The position numbers and the translations under genes are program-made. From Vermamoeba vermiformis (lineage: Eukaryota), in contig JBEWZL010000011.1 of NCBI GenBank assembly GCA_045837725.1, forward strand, positions 372,001 through 436,000: a stretch of 64,000 bases of DNA, given 5' to 3'. How positions within the stretch are numbered: the stretch's first letter is position 1; each line of letters begins with the position of its first letter. Under the pieces are notes generated by a model, which saw only the letters and a list, made by a program, of their open reading frames with translations, had not been told where the DNA came from and did not search any database. This document shows, piece after piece, positions 44,310-57,152 of this stretch.

Positions 44310-44929
44310 ATGAATACCACTGAATTATTTGAGCAACTTAAACCCAACCCGCAATTCCAAACGCTGGATGAACGTCTGGCCGAGATGGAGCTTATAATTA
44401 CTGTTATAGATGCGCTGCAGATTAAATTGAAGCAAGCGAGGTCGGAATATGAACAGCTCGTTAAAAATCAAGAAAATGTGTGCGCGGAGCCGAATTTAAC
44501 AACGGATCAACAAAAAAATGAGATGCATCTAATCGTTAAGAAGGCTAGAAAAGAAGTGAGACTTCTCAGATTAAAAATTGTGCTTCTACAAAGAATGGTA
44601 TGAATAACAATGATTATATCATTTAGATTAATAACTTCAAGTTTCGGATTCAATTTTTTTTCTCAATAATGGATGCGAGGACTAATGCATTCAACTAGTA
44701 TATAGAATTATTACCAGAAGATATGAAACGAATTAAGAAAAAGCTCGTAAGGTTACAAAACATCGCGGGGTTGACGTGGGAAGTTACGCTGCATTTGCCG
44801 AAGAAAAAACACCAAATCATCGCGCTGTTTTGGAAGCATCGTGAACTGGTTAATGAAGCATCAAATAACTCAATTACGCTCAATTGTCAAAAAAAATACC
44901 TTGATTTGTATCGACGTTGTCCGGATTAA
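44310..44929 (+). CDS. Hypothetical two-exon coiled-coil protein (about 170 aa)
   Basis: ORFs 44310-44597 and 44699-44929 join in frame across a phase-0 GT-AG intron; heptad-like LAEMEL..IDALQIKLKQA. Confidence 0.55.
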
Positions 44930-44998
44930 ATAGCTAATTACGCTTACATCAAATATTTTCGTAAGTGGATAGATCACGTGGGATAGTTCCGGAGCCAC

Positions 44999-45255
44999 TT
45001 CATGAATGCCTCGTGTACTTGCCTCGATACTGCATGTTGACTCGCGTCGTTCGGCGAGCATCGTCAATCACACAAACAGCGCAGTTATCCGTGGATCAAT
45101 GCTGAGCGAAGTCAAAAAAATCTTTTGGGAAATTGACACGTGTCCCAAGCGAGATTGAAATTGAATCGCCTTTATTGGCAATTATACTGCGTTGTCGTGG
45201 ATGGTCTTACCTTGCGCATATTTTTCCAAAATAAGGCGTCAATGACTTGAAATTT
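44999..45255 (-). repeat. Truncated copy D of the non-coding module (lacks the hairpin)
   Basis: Shares the TTGACACGTGTCCC intron segment and the CAAACAGCGCAGTTATCCG exon segment, with internal deletions. Upstream flank resembles 43830-44110. Confidence 0.75.
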
Positions 45256-45938
45256 GGTTGAACAAAGCGCTTTCTTGCCGATCTTGTTTGCGTGCTTTCA
45301 ATTCGCGTTCAATGTTGTGATTAGAATCAAACGCTCGTGTCTGTATTGAGGCACCGGATTATATTAGAAATATCAAATCAGAATAAGTACCCCAATAAAT
45401 TTAATTCGTTTGATCAAATCCAAAAATTAAAAAACAATTCCAAAAAATCCAGCATTGCTTTAATTACGTGTAATATGAAGCTATAATGACGTTTATAACA
45501 TAAAGAGCGCAATTAAAAATGCTTTTACTTACCGATCTAGATTTCCATCGCATCTTCTTATTTGTTTCAACCAATTATTATAACGAGCCAAATTCAATCA
45601 CATTATAATGGATATTCTTTCTCTCATCTATTAGATCAGTTGGAAACTTAAGATGGAAGAGACGAGCAAATGCTTAGTATGCACGAGTTGACTGATAGCA
45701 ATAAATACTAGAGCTGTTTTATATTATGAGGGGCATTAATCAATATATAATGCTAATATTTGATAAACTCATCGCAGTCTGTGTTGTTTCAATCTTCACG
45801 CAAGATATTAAATTAAAATTCACGCACCAAAGACCACAAAAGATATCGCTGGTCCCTGGGTGATATTTATATTATTAGGCACATATATTTTGCTAAATTA
45901 TTGTAAACCCTTGCTTTTGAGCCCAAATCTAGTTTGTA

Positions 45939-48406
45939 ATGGAGTGGTCCACGTTGCCTGTTGAATTGTTCGGCTTGATAACTACGTATTGTAGCTCAAC
46001 GATGGTATTAAAACTTGAGTATGTCTGTAAGGCATGGAAAGAAAACCTTAGAGAGGAGTGGATTTGGAAGGTAACGTAAAAAATTCAGTAAATCCGTAAA
46101 ATAATTCAGAACAGCATTCTTATAATCTTGCATTATTTACATATTAAATATGCAATTTATTAATAATTTGAGCGTTACAGGATATTGCAACCAAAACCAC
46201 ATCCGGGTTTGCGTTGCCAAGCGATATTTATGATTGGAAAGCAGTGGCACTAAAAAGACAATTTACTATTAAAAATATGCGCGAGAAGAGGTACAAATTA
46301 AATTTAATCAAATATTTTTTTAATTTAGATCAAGCGTACCAACTTAATCTGCTTTTCTAAGGTGCATTTCCCGTTCGTTTGCAAGTGCAGAATATACCAG
46401 AGGCTATAATGAAGTAAATCACTATTGTAGTGTCTCCGGAGACGAAGCATTGATAACTTGGACGAACGTACAAGCCAACAGGTAAATCCGGATCATTTTT
46501 CCGTCTTATCTTATTTCTCTAATGCTCTAAATGTAGTTCATATAACATTGCATCATTTTTAGCACATGAAATGGTCAATTTAACAACAGGCAAACGAGAG
46601 CCAATTAAGTTATTTGAAAACACTCGCGCACTCTTAACGAAAAATTTTATTGTAACGTCCGTAAGTAATTAATTTTATATATTTATTTAAATAAATATTA
46701 ATTTAAATATCGTAATAGCAAGCAGGCCAAATCACTTGCAATTCTGAATGCACGAGTGAATTGAACATTGCGGATCGCAGAACAAACAATTTATTGAAGC
46801 CGAAGAAGATGAAAATTCCTGAAATAGGCAGTAAGTATATATACATACCAAGCCTTACTGTTTATATTAACCGTTAATAGAAAAGGGAAGAATTTACAAG
46901 AATGAAGATCCGAATTACCAAGACGGTTCGGTAATAGCCATTAGCTCGTAAGCTGAATAAACCGTATAATATTAATATATAAAGCTATATATAATATCGT
47001 TAGAATAGAACTAATATATTTGTAGCTATGACAATAAGCATTGTCTCGTGGTGGATCTAGACAAGCAAACCACGCAAAAATTCGCGGTTCCCGAAGAAGA
47101 AAATCAATTACCTGCTCACTTAACTATCACCTTTTATGGAAAGTATTTGGCAATGTCGAGAACGTTAAAAGAGCCTAAGACGATCCCGGAAACTAGGCAG
47201 TTAATAATTTTCGATACTGAAACGGAGGAACTTATTTATTGCAAAAAAGTTCAAGCCAATGCAATATCCATATCAAATAATAGGGTAAGGCAGTTTAATA
47301 AGGAATCGGCTCATTTTAAAAATTAATTTAGAAATTCGCCGAATTTTTTTGTACTGATCGATTAATTAATTTATTTCGTACTATAAAAATTATTAATAAT
47401 ACTTTATTATTTAGATAGCTCTTGTCACGTGCTCAAAATTCGGAATAGAATGGGTTGTTTACGATTTTAAAAACAACGTTGTCGCAGAAGTTACATCAAC
47501 TGTCCCCCAGGCACAAGCATTGGCACCCGTTAGAGTCCGATTTTACGGCGATATTTTGCTCGTTTTGAGCTTTGCACGTGCGTGGTTCTGCGACATCAAA
47601 AATTCTAAAATACTTTGCGATCTGCACCTGATTGGTTGGCCCGAATACGGTCCTTACATTCAGCATGATATGGTAATATATTAATATATTTATATTATAA
47701 TTCTATTATACCTTAATGTCAAAAAAACTGATCTTATTTTTATTATCAGATCGGAACAGGAAAATTTGTAATTTCATCGGTGTTTAGCAGTAGATTAATC
47801 GATTTCGAATCAATTGCAATAATCAAAGAATTTAAGCCGCAGATTATACTACCTGAACACGACTACGGCATTATCGATGAATGGAAGAGACCGATCGCGT
47901 TTCATGAACTGATGGAATTTGCGATGAAAGTCGTTGACGAGCCTTCAACCAAGTACGCGTCAATATTAATATCGCAAGATGAAGATAAGAAAGAACGGTA
48001 AGTTTTTGTAACGAAATTAAGATGACAGTGACACTTTGACATCTTGACACGTGTCACCATATTAAGCTAACTCCGATCTTTGTATTAGAACGTCGTTGAT
48101 ATTTTTAGCGGGAAAATATTATCAAACAAAAATTACTGGGCCCGAGAATAAAAAAGCAACAGAGTTGATCAAAACAATGGCTCCGGCGCACCGTTCAGTG
48201 AACATGGTTATGGCGAGGTACCGCCGATTAATTAAATAACAATTACATAAAATAATAATTATCCATCTTATTATAGGTTCACTTATGACGCGTCGTTTAT
48301 CCAGACGCACGTAGATTTCGTCAAATCGACGGACACGGTGCAAGGTCGAGCAGTGTTGTACAAAGAGAAGTTTGTCAATGGCGAATGGATTCCCGTTGAT
48401 TTTTAG
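45939..48406 (+). CDS. F-box protein, many exons
   Basis: MEWSTLPVELFGLITTY...LEYVCKAWKE..EWIWK/...DWKAVALKR is a canonical F-box. Downstream exons are beta-rich; ends NGEWIPVDF*. Confidence 0.8.
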
Positions 48407-49131
48407 CTACAGTAAATCCATTACAACGATCAAACGACTAGTCGTCAGTCAGATGTACTTGAATATGCTACAAAAGTCTGAAAGTGAGCTAAATTATTAA
48501 TATAAAAACCAGCAGGATTTAAATTAATGATATATTTACATCCAGAAAGAGTTGCGTGGCTAATGAAGTTCAGATTTATCCAATCCACGAGATATATCCA
48601 AGGCTCAAGTAAACGAAGGTAGGTTTTTTATTGCCTATTTATCTCTGGTAAAGATTGCAAATACCGTAAAAATCTTAATTTTATAAATATACGTAAAACT
48701 GAAACGGAATTGTCGTAGCCGAATTACAATGGTGTTAATTCTGAAATTTCCTGCGTTTTTTGATCGGTCCAGAAGCTTCTGAGAGTGTGCACTATGACAG
48801 CTTCAAAAATTCTTATGAACTTTCGCAAGTTTTTATAGTTAGTACCTCATTAATAGGATATGAAGAGCTCACTCCACTGCTCTTTGGCATCGGATCGGAT
48901 CCAAAATAACATCTTATTGCAAAAGTTTATCAGAGGTCAAATGGTTTATGCATAAAACCGAGGTAAGGCATATTGTACACAACGCAAAACAATCGACCTT
49001 GCAATTTTCAAGTAATTTTTTTCAACGGAAGTTTCAGTCCACAAATGCAACTAAAAAAAGAAGTTTCGTTTTTTAAACTAAATCTAAAGTTGCAATTTTA
49101 TTTCAATTCTAACGTACGACAATCAAATAGG

Positions 49132-51099
49132 ATGCTCAATATGCCTTCGATAAAATACTTGCTCTCAGCCATCGCTATCTTTTTCGTTGTCGGATCCACG
49201 TTGCTTTTGGCCCTTCCGAAGACACCAGAACAACGACCAATAAAGCCAGCATCCGATGTTGCATTGCCTTCGTCAACACCACAGCCATATTGGACCCCTC
49301 AATCTTATTCGCCGGATGCATCGTCTCCAGACTCGCAGTCACCTGATTCATCTCCATCTTGGGGACCACAGCCTTATTGGACTCCTGATCCCAATGCACC
49401 TTCTGATTCACCCGATTCAAGTGCTCCTGACGCGTACTCGCCCGACTCTGGTTCTCAGCCTTCGTCATGGTCTCCTGATGGCTCATCGTCCCCTGGTTAT
49501 GCTCCCGACACGTACTCGCCCGACTCTGGTTCTCAGCCTTTATCGTGGAGTCCAGGTGGTTCATCGTCTCCTTCTTACACGCCCGATTCATCCGCTCCTG
49601 ACGCTTCGAGTCCTTCCACGTGGAATCCGTATTGGGGACCACAGCCATATGACACACCTGACTCTGGTTCTCAGCCATCATCGTGGTCTCCCGACGGTTC
49701 ATCTTCGCCTGGTTACGCCCCTGATTCATCCGCTCCTGACTCTTCAAGTCCTTCCACGTGGAATCCGTATTGGGGACCACAACCCTATGACACGCCTGAC
49801 TCTGGTTCTCAACCTACATCCGCCCCTGACTCTGGTTCTCAGCCTTCATCGTGGTCTCCTGACGGCTCATCGTCTCCTTCGTTCTCGCCCGATGCGTCTC
49901 CTGACTCTGGTTCTCCGTCATCAATTTGGTCTCCTGACGGCTCGTCCCCATCTTACGCACCTGATGCATCTGCTCCTGACTCTTCGAATCCTTCCACGTG
50001 GAATCCGTATTGGGGACCACAACCGTATGACACACCTGACTCTGGTTCTCAGCCTTCATCGTGGAGTCCTGACGGTTCATCGTCTCCTTCTTACTCGCCC
50101 GATTCAAGTGCTCCCAACACTTACTCGCCTGACTCTGGTTCTCAGCCTTCATCATGGTCTCCTGACGGCTCATCGTCTCCTTCTTACTCGCCCGATTCAA
50201 GCGCTCCAGATTCGTCTCCTACGTGGAGTCCGTCTTGGGGACCTCAACCTTACTGGACTCCTGATTCAAATTCTCCGTCATATTCACCTGATTCATCTCC
50301 CGATGCGTCAAGTCCTACGTGGAGTCCGTCTTGGGGACCTCAACCATCTTGGAGCCCAGATCCAAACACACCCGATTCATCTCCCGATGCTTCGAGCCCT
50401 ACTTGGAGTCCGTCCTGGGGACCACAGCCTTACTGGACTCCTGATTCAAACGCACCTTCTTATTCGCCCGATTCTTCCGCTCCGCAGTTCTATTACACGC
50501 CTGATGGTTCTCAACCCTCATCGTGGACTCCAGACGGTTCGTCGTCTCCTTCGTTCTCGCCTTCGTACAGTCCTAAGACCCACGTGGCTATTCAGTATTT
50601 TGGATACGGATCTCACTGCACGAGAAGCAATGCTGAAGTTGTAACAGTCAATCGCACCGAATATTGTACGCCTGCTTGTGAGTACTATGGCGGTCAATGG
50701 GTAATCGTGGTCAAACGTGGGTCGAACAGATTAGCTATGGCAATAGCGACTATTACTGTTCTACGTAAGTACGAAAAATTTCTGAGAATTTCTTGCTTGA
50801 ATTAATTTTCAGCCTCAAGACTTAATTAATATGCTTATAAATACGGCGTATAATGTATTAATACTTAATTTAGTCCTCAGTATGCTATCTACACGAAGTC
50901 AGGCCAATGTACTGGATCTTTCGACTTTGGTCTCAGAAAATGCTCAGCGGATACGGTCTATTTTTACTCGTGTACAAGTGCTTATTGCAATCAATGCCAA
51001 CTGAACCAAAAATTAGCAACTAATTCTTGTTACGTTGGCAGTATGTACCAATGCGTCTCTGACGTTAACGGCGATGCTCGTATTAATCCGTTAATGTGA
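49132..51099 (+). CDS. Ser/Pro/Asp-rich repetitive secreted or anchored protein with the family Cys-rich C-terminal module; frameshifting deletion near 50703
   Basis: N-terminal hydrophobic segment LLSAIAIFFVVGSTLLLAL, about 430 aa of repeats, then HVAIQYFGYGSHC...CTPAC. Continues in a shifted frame (RGQTWVEQISY...C), then last exon PQYAIYTK...INPLM*. Confidence 0.75.
49270..50570 (+). repeat. Intragenic coding tandem repeats
   Basis: Recurrent units PDSGSQPSSWSPDGSSSP, STWNPYWGPQPYDT (x3) and PTWSPSWGPQP (x3). Confidence 0.9.
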
Positions 51100-51705
51100 C
51101 CGAAGTAGTTTGATACGGCTATATATTAGCCTTACTAGTCTCTGAAGTATATAAAGTCGATCTTGACAAAGCTGACGATCTTGTGGAACGATGTTTTTTA
51201 CCGTCACAACATGAATCGACACAATGCACAATATAACACGCTCGAAGTTAAAAATAATGAATTATTTTGAAGATCAGATCGCAGAAGATGCGAATAAATT
51301 GCTGCTATCTTGTCGAATTTCCGTTATGCATCTACTGTTTTATCGTTTGTCCTACTGTTTAGGCACTAATGATAGCCATATATGAGCGCAATAGAATGTC
51401 TAAGCGCATGATGCTGGTCTAGATTACCGGATCCTCAGTCATCGATCCAAATCCAGTTCGCCGACCACCTTGTGCTACTCATTGCTCGTTTAGCACGTGA
51501 TTTGACTCTGTTAAGACCTTACAAGATCAACCTTAAGCACCACTTGTACCGAGGAATTATCGGCAGAGATTTCGGATCTTTTCGTGTTTTCGCATTTTTT
51601 GCTGCGGCCTCATACTCGATTAGATAACAATTAGAATAACACATAACAAGTAAGAAACAATTAATGACGCAAATAATAGCATTTGCTAATCCTGTTTGAC
51701 GCTAG

Positions 51706-53155
51706 ATGGCTCGTTTAGCTTTTGGATGTTTGAAGGGTTCGCTCTTCTTTTTTAACCTTGCTTTCTTCGTAAGTAAAATAATGCTCATATATTAGTCGCA
51801 TTATTGGTAGACCGATTTATAATTTTAAAATTGAAATTAGAGAATAAAATAATTATTATAATTCTGGTAATATTCGTTAGGCCTTGGGAGGCGTATTATT
51901 AGGTCTTAGTGCCTATTCTATGAAGATGGGACGAGTTGGAGACGTTGTTTCTGTTCCTCAAGTCGCTTTGGGCGCTTTGCTCTTGGCTTGGTAAATCCAT
52001 TCAAAATCTCAATAATGATTCTTTCGCTTATTTTATGACTATTAATAGATTATATATTCGTTACATAATATTTTAATGATGATCATAATCTAATTACTCG
52101 ATTTAGCGTCGTTGTTGTGCTTTCATTTTTGGGATGCTGCGGTGCTTTGAGAGAAAGCAGAGGAATGATTGGAACAGTATCCTTATTAACTAATTACACG
52201 TGCTATATTAATTATAATATTATAACGGATTATAACTATCCGAGCGTTGATTTGTTATTTGCCTTAACCAAATCCAAAACAGTACTTTGTCTTCTTATTG
52301 TTGGTTATTGCTGGCCAAGTCAGTAAGTAGCATCTATATAATAATATACGCTATAATAGACGTTTTATAATTCATTTGGCGAAGTTTAAGATTGAATTCA
52401 TTTATTCGATCAGATTTGGGATCGTAACAGAAAACTCATTTAGCAACCTCGCTTTGAATTCTTACTAATCATTATTGTATTATAGTCGTTGGTTTCGTCA
52501 CTGTTAAATATACTTCCGATGTGCAAGACATGGTTGCGCAAGGCTGGAACAAATCCGACGCCGAGACTCGCAAGTGGGTCGAACAAGAATTTAACTGCTG
52601 TGGTCTCTTTGTTCTCGAGCACAACTGCAACTTGAACTCGACCTCCACACCTACTACTTGCTATGACAAATTGGTACGTACTTGATATATACTAGCATTG
52701 CAAAATACGTGCAGATCTGTCGGATCGCACGGACAATTTTTTTTCGTTTAATTGCTTAGTTTTATTGTAAATTGATATGTACCGTTGTTTTGGTAATATT
52801 ATACTCGTATTATCTCTAAAAAGAGTGATTTTTAACGTATGGATAGTCGAGATGCGATCTGGCAAAATTTTAATTTCCACCGTTGAAATTTAATTTATAA
52901 ATTATTACCATATTTGAATATACTGTTATAATACTAGCATAATTTCGTTAATAACAACACTAACTTTTATTTTCTTAGTCGGATTTCGTCGAGACTCGTT
53001 TGCGCATCGTTCAAATTGCCGCAATTACCATTGGCTGCGTGCAAATTCTCGGCTTGATCGTCTCGTGCTGCTTGTTCGCATCAATTCCGACCAAGAAAGA
53101 AGAACACAACAGATTGTTGGATGAGGCGCGTAGAGTCAACAAGTCATATCGTTAA
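51706..53155 (+). CDS. Tetraspanin
   Basis: Four TM segments, FLGCCGALRES, large loop with the CCG motif (EQEFNCCG) and later Cys residues; five introns. Confidence 0.92.
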
Positions 53156-53607
53156 AATACTTAGGCGATATGTCCTGAGTATGATTATAGCGGTATAATA
53201 GTGATACTATACTAGTGCTGCTGTAATGTAGATAAGCAGAGCTTCAGTACATAAAAGTTTGGTTTCAACACCAACAGATGTGGAGACTTGAGAGCGAACC
53301 CCTCGTTGTAAGTACGCATAATATGGAATATTTATTATCATTTTCTTCGTAGAAATTATTAAATCCGAGAAAATTCGTTGCATTACATCTACGAACTTCT
53401 ACAAATTTTTGTTTGACATTAATTCAAATTTGATCGGCAAACCAATTCTTCGCGCTATTAGTTATTAATTTATTGTCAACCTCGAACTCTTGTAAGATCC
53501 ACAACTCAGCTGGAGATTAATTTAATTGTTCCGCATCCTGAATTGAATTCTTGCCTTGCCGAAACATTATTTCCACCATTATATAATAATCCTAAAACGA
53601 GTGCAAT

Positions 53608-54370
53608 ATGTCGTCTATCTTATCAGTATCAAGCTTAGTCAGGCCAGAGCGATGCGAAGTAAGTCCAGATCTACGTGCTGTAGGATCTTGGTCTAAATTT
53701 TAAATTGTAGGAAGGCGAATTCATATACAATGTGATAAATATGGATCAAGTTAAGCGAGAAGATATTATTGAGGAGATTTCTAAGAACGGATTATCTGTG
53801 CACGTCATGGCAAGCTTTCGCGAACAAGTACGTGGCTTGATCTACTTATTAAACTCGAATTTTAACCCTAATTTGCCTATAGATTTGTGGTCGTAACTAT
53901 TGGAGGCTAAAACACGGTCATATTCACGTTTCAATTCCATTTGACGTCGCATCCAGACTCTTGGATTTGCTCTCGACAAGAAAGGATTACCTGAAGATCG
54001 ATTTAAAAGATACAAAATTATTTAAATCGTCTGAAATATGGAAAATGCTCGATTGGAGCGAATTTAAGAAGCCCAAAATGTCACTAGTTCTTGTTCGAGA
54101 TCCGATGCGTTACGAAAATGTTGTTGAATCAAGGTAAGAACGTTTAAATAATACGATAATAAATACTAATAGATATTTTACTATAGAGAGAGGAAAAAAA
54201 TGCGATTAATCACAGCTGGATTAGTCCTTACAAATTTTTTTATTCTTCCGGCGGTTGCAATGGCTGTCAAGGGCTTCGAAATGTCAACGACTGGCAAAAG
54301 TTATGGCAAATGGAACAAAGTATTTGATAGCATTTACGACGTTACTCCAAAGCACGTCATAGCGGTGTAA
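53608..54370 (+). CDS. Hypothetical protein (about 200 aa, four exons)
   Basis: Exons join in frame: MSSILSVSS.../EGEFIYNV...FREQ/ICGRNYW...VVESR/ERKK...KHVIAV*. Confidence 0.55.
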
Positions 54371-54783
54371 GGGCGAAAATTGAAATTACATACTTTTGCT
54401 AGATCGGATCCATGTAAATAAACTTTAATCTCTGAAGATCTGTCTCCGATTCGTTCGACAAAAAACCGGTTTTACTAACTCATCATGCATCGTCCGATAT
54501 CATTAATTAGCAATAGACATTTTGGCTCGGTACGTTCGTCAATCCTGAAAAAACGAAAATGCAGAACGCAATCAGAAAACTTTCGCACTTGCATGGTTCT
54601 CAAAAATAGATTAAGCAAAAAAATGCTTTTGCGTGTTATCAGATTGAAACTGGACTTCTCGTAACTATTTTCGCGTCGACGAAAAAATCACGTGTCGCAA
54701 CAAAAATATAAAAGAAATCGTTTATTGTATCTTGTTTCAACAATTGAACGTAGCGTAGCATAATTTATATAATCTTTGATATC

Positions 54784-55839
54784 ATGGTTCAATTACGCTT
54801 TATTTCAATCGCTGTTTTGGCTGGTTTCCTGATCCAACTCGCGATCTGCCAAAAAAACACTTGTCCCATGGCGTACGCTCCTGATGGTACCCAATATGAT
54901 TTGTCGGGTATCGCATCAAAGTAAGTTCACAATAACTAAATTGAAAAGGTTAAGGCGTTTGATCCGTTCGCCGGATCTAAACAACAAGAACGATCTAATC
55001 ATTATCATTATATAGGGTACAATACTACTATGCCAAGCAACACGGGCAACTATATGTCTACAATATTAGCGTCTGCAGTCCACTTCCCACTGGATGTTAC
55101 GGTTCCTGCTCGTCCCCTTATAGTTCAGGTAATAAGCGAGTTACTTGTACTATAGCTACGCATTATATATTAACACCTTAATGAATAATTCAACAATGGC
55201 TATTATTATAACTAACTACAATTCATTCAGGCGTTTGCCAAACTTGGGGTTCAAATGCGAAGTGCTTGGGTCAATATGCGCAGATCTCAGTAGTCGGATT
55301 AAGTATGATAGCAATAGATATCATAGTAATTTAGCCCTTACGACCGCGAGTATCCATTTCCCAATTTTTTGGCGCTCGGCAAGAAATTTCAAATTGTTAG
55401 AACGAACACGTGCAAACACTTCATTTTCTCTTTGCCGGCAATAGAACGCGTGTAAATTTGCTGTTATCTGCATTGATTTATGAAATTTGATTTAATTTGT
55501 TTGTAACCAATTTTTTCTGCAGATGGAGGCGAAGGTGTTCAGATCACGTACTCGGGTGGAGACGTCTGTGGCTCGTGCAATCCCTCAGGTCCCAGACAAT
55601 CGGTTATTACTTTAACATGCAGTGCATCAGGTATTTAAATCCGTTTGGTTGCAATTATTTGTCGCTAATTTTGTTTTTTTTTTAGCTGCCGATCCGACGA
55701 AGATCTACTGGACAAGCTTGTCCGGTGGAGAACCTGGTATGCCTCCTATTATCTACTTCAACGGCACTATTTACTGCCCTTAATCTGTATCGTCTGTGGC
55801 TGTTCCTTTTAGAGCCCCTTTGACGTCATGCTACAATAG
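54784..55839 (+). pseudogene. Internally deleted paralog of the MRH plus Cys-rich gene
   Basis: Closely similar to 36946-35910 (exons and introns), then jumps directly to the terminal TTTGACGTCATGCTACAATAG (FDVMLQ*), losing most of the Cys-rich module. Confidence 0.75.
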
Positions 55840-56605
55840 GCTCGAAAATACTCGTGCTTAATTTGTATCGTATTTTAAACATTATTCTCATAACAAAGTC
55901 TCTGATATTAAATAAAGTCGATCTTGATGAAAAACTAACGTTCGATCCACGTTATTTTGGTGCGACATTCAAAAATCATGAACCTAAATATTCTTAGTGC
56001 TCCAGAACTAGATACTAATGCTCCATTCAAGCGTAATCTTTCAAACGTAACACATTAACGAAGTTTTATCGTGCAGCGAGTAAAGATACGCTTTGGGCCA
56101 AGATCTTTACTCAGATTTGCTGGACACAGTTTTCGTGAGTATTAATTTATTAAAATAATATCATGCTCATGCAATCTATTATTGCTATTTTTATCCTTAA
56201 ATAGACGCTAGAGAATTAAAATTTTTTTGTTGATCGAATCTGTATTGGGTCTTATTCAGCCTTCATGTTAAAACAATCAGCTTATTTAATCAAATATTTA
56301 AATTAATTTTTCAAATGCTAGTAACTTCATAGCTCCATCGTCTTGCAGAGTTGGATCTAACTAAACTTTTTCCTTAGTTCAGGTGGTTCGCCATATCATT
56401 GATAAAGCCGTTGCCCGATACAACAGATTCAGGTAATGTCCACGGGGTAGTTAAATCGACAAAAGAACCTTAAAATTCGTCTCGATCAGACTTGATCCAT
56501 TCATGGATTTTTCAACCGTAGATTCTGGAGTTTCAAAACGCAATTATAGCTCGTTTGTGAAAGTATAATATGGAGTTACGACCACTCCCAAGTCGCTATA
56601 AGGTC

Positions 56606-57152
56606 ATTGCCATTTTAAGGCGATTCAATTTCGATTGGGACACGTGTCAATTTCCCAAAAGATTTTTTTGACTTCGCTCAAATCTCCGCTCGAACATCAA
56701 TTTCAAACCTTTACTGACGATACTATTTTAGGACAATACGTACCTACGAGAATAATATTTGAATCAATTAACGGAAGACAACGCAGTTTTCATCGTTGGC
56801 TCTGAGCTCTTCAACTCGACCACGATCTTCAACTCCGCAGCGAATTGGTTCATGCGTAAATCAACAGTTTGTTCATGAACGAGTTCCGTGGCCAGCAAAA
56901 TCTCGTCGCGCGATGATGAATTTGACCATTTATGGTAAGTGGTCTCGTTCGCATCATAAATAAGTGCTCATTTCGATTGATTTTGATTTGTGATCACTTT
57001 GAGATGACTCTCGACACACTTTCTAGGGGGCTCTCAAGCGCGTTGTTTCAAATTGATGTTTGATCGATCGTGCTGGCTCCGTTACTACGTCCCTAGAGAG
57101 TGTCTCCGGAGTCATTTCGAAGTCGTTACAACTGCACTAGGCATAATAATTT
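56606..57152 (+). repeat. Dispersed spliced non-coding module, copy E
   Basis: Direct match to 32156-32290 and 32420-32700; the middle exon matches copy B. Confidence 0.85.
56988..57131 (+). ncRNA. Candidate intronic pre-miRNA-like hairpin, copy E
   Basis: Arms identical to copy A; differences confined to the apical region; lies inside an intron starting GTAAGT at 56935. Confidence 0.6.

Noticed and set aside
49175-50644. Long alternative-frame and antisense ORFs over the repeat gene
   Set aside because: Explained by low-complexity Ser/Pro codon repeats that lack stops; only the main frame has a signal-like segment and the family C-terminal domain.
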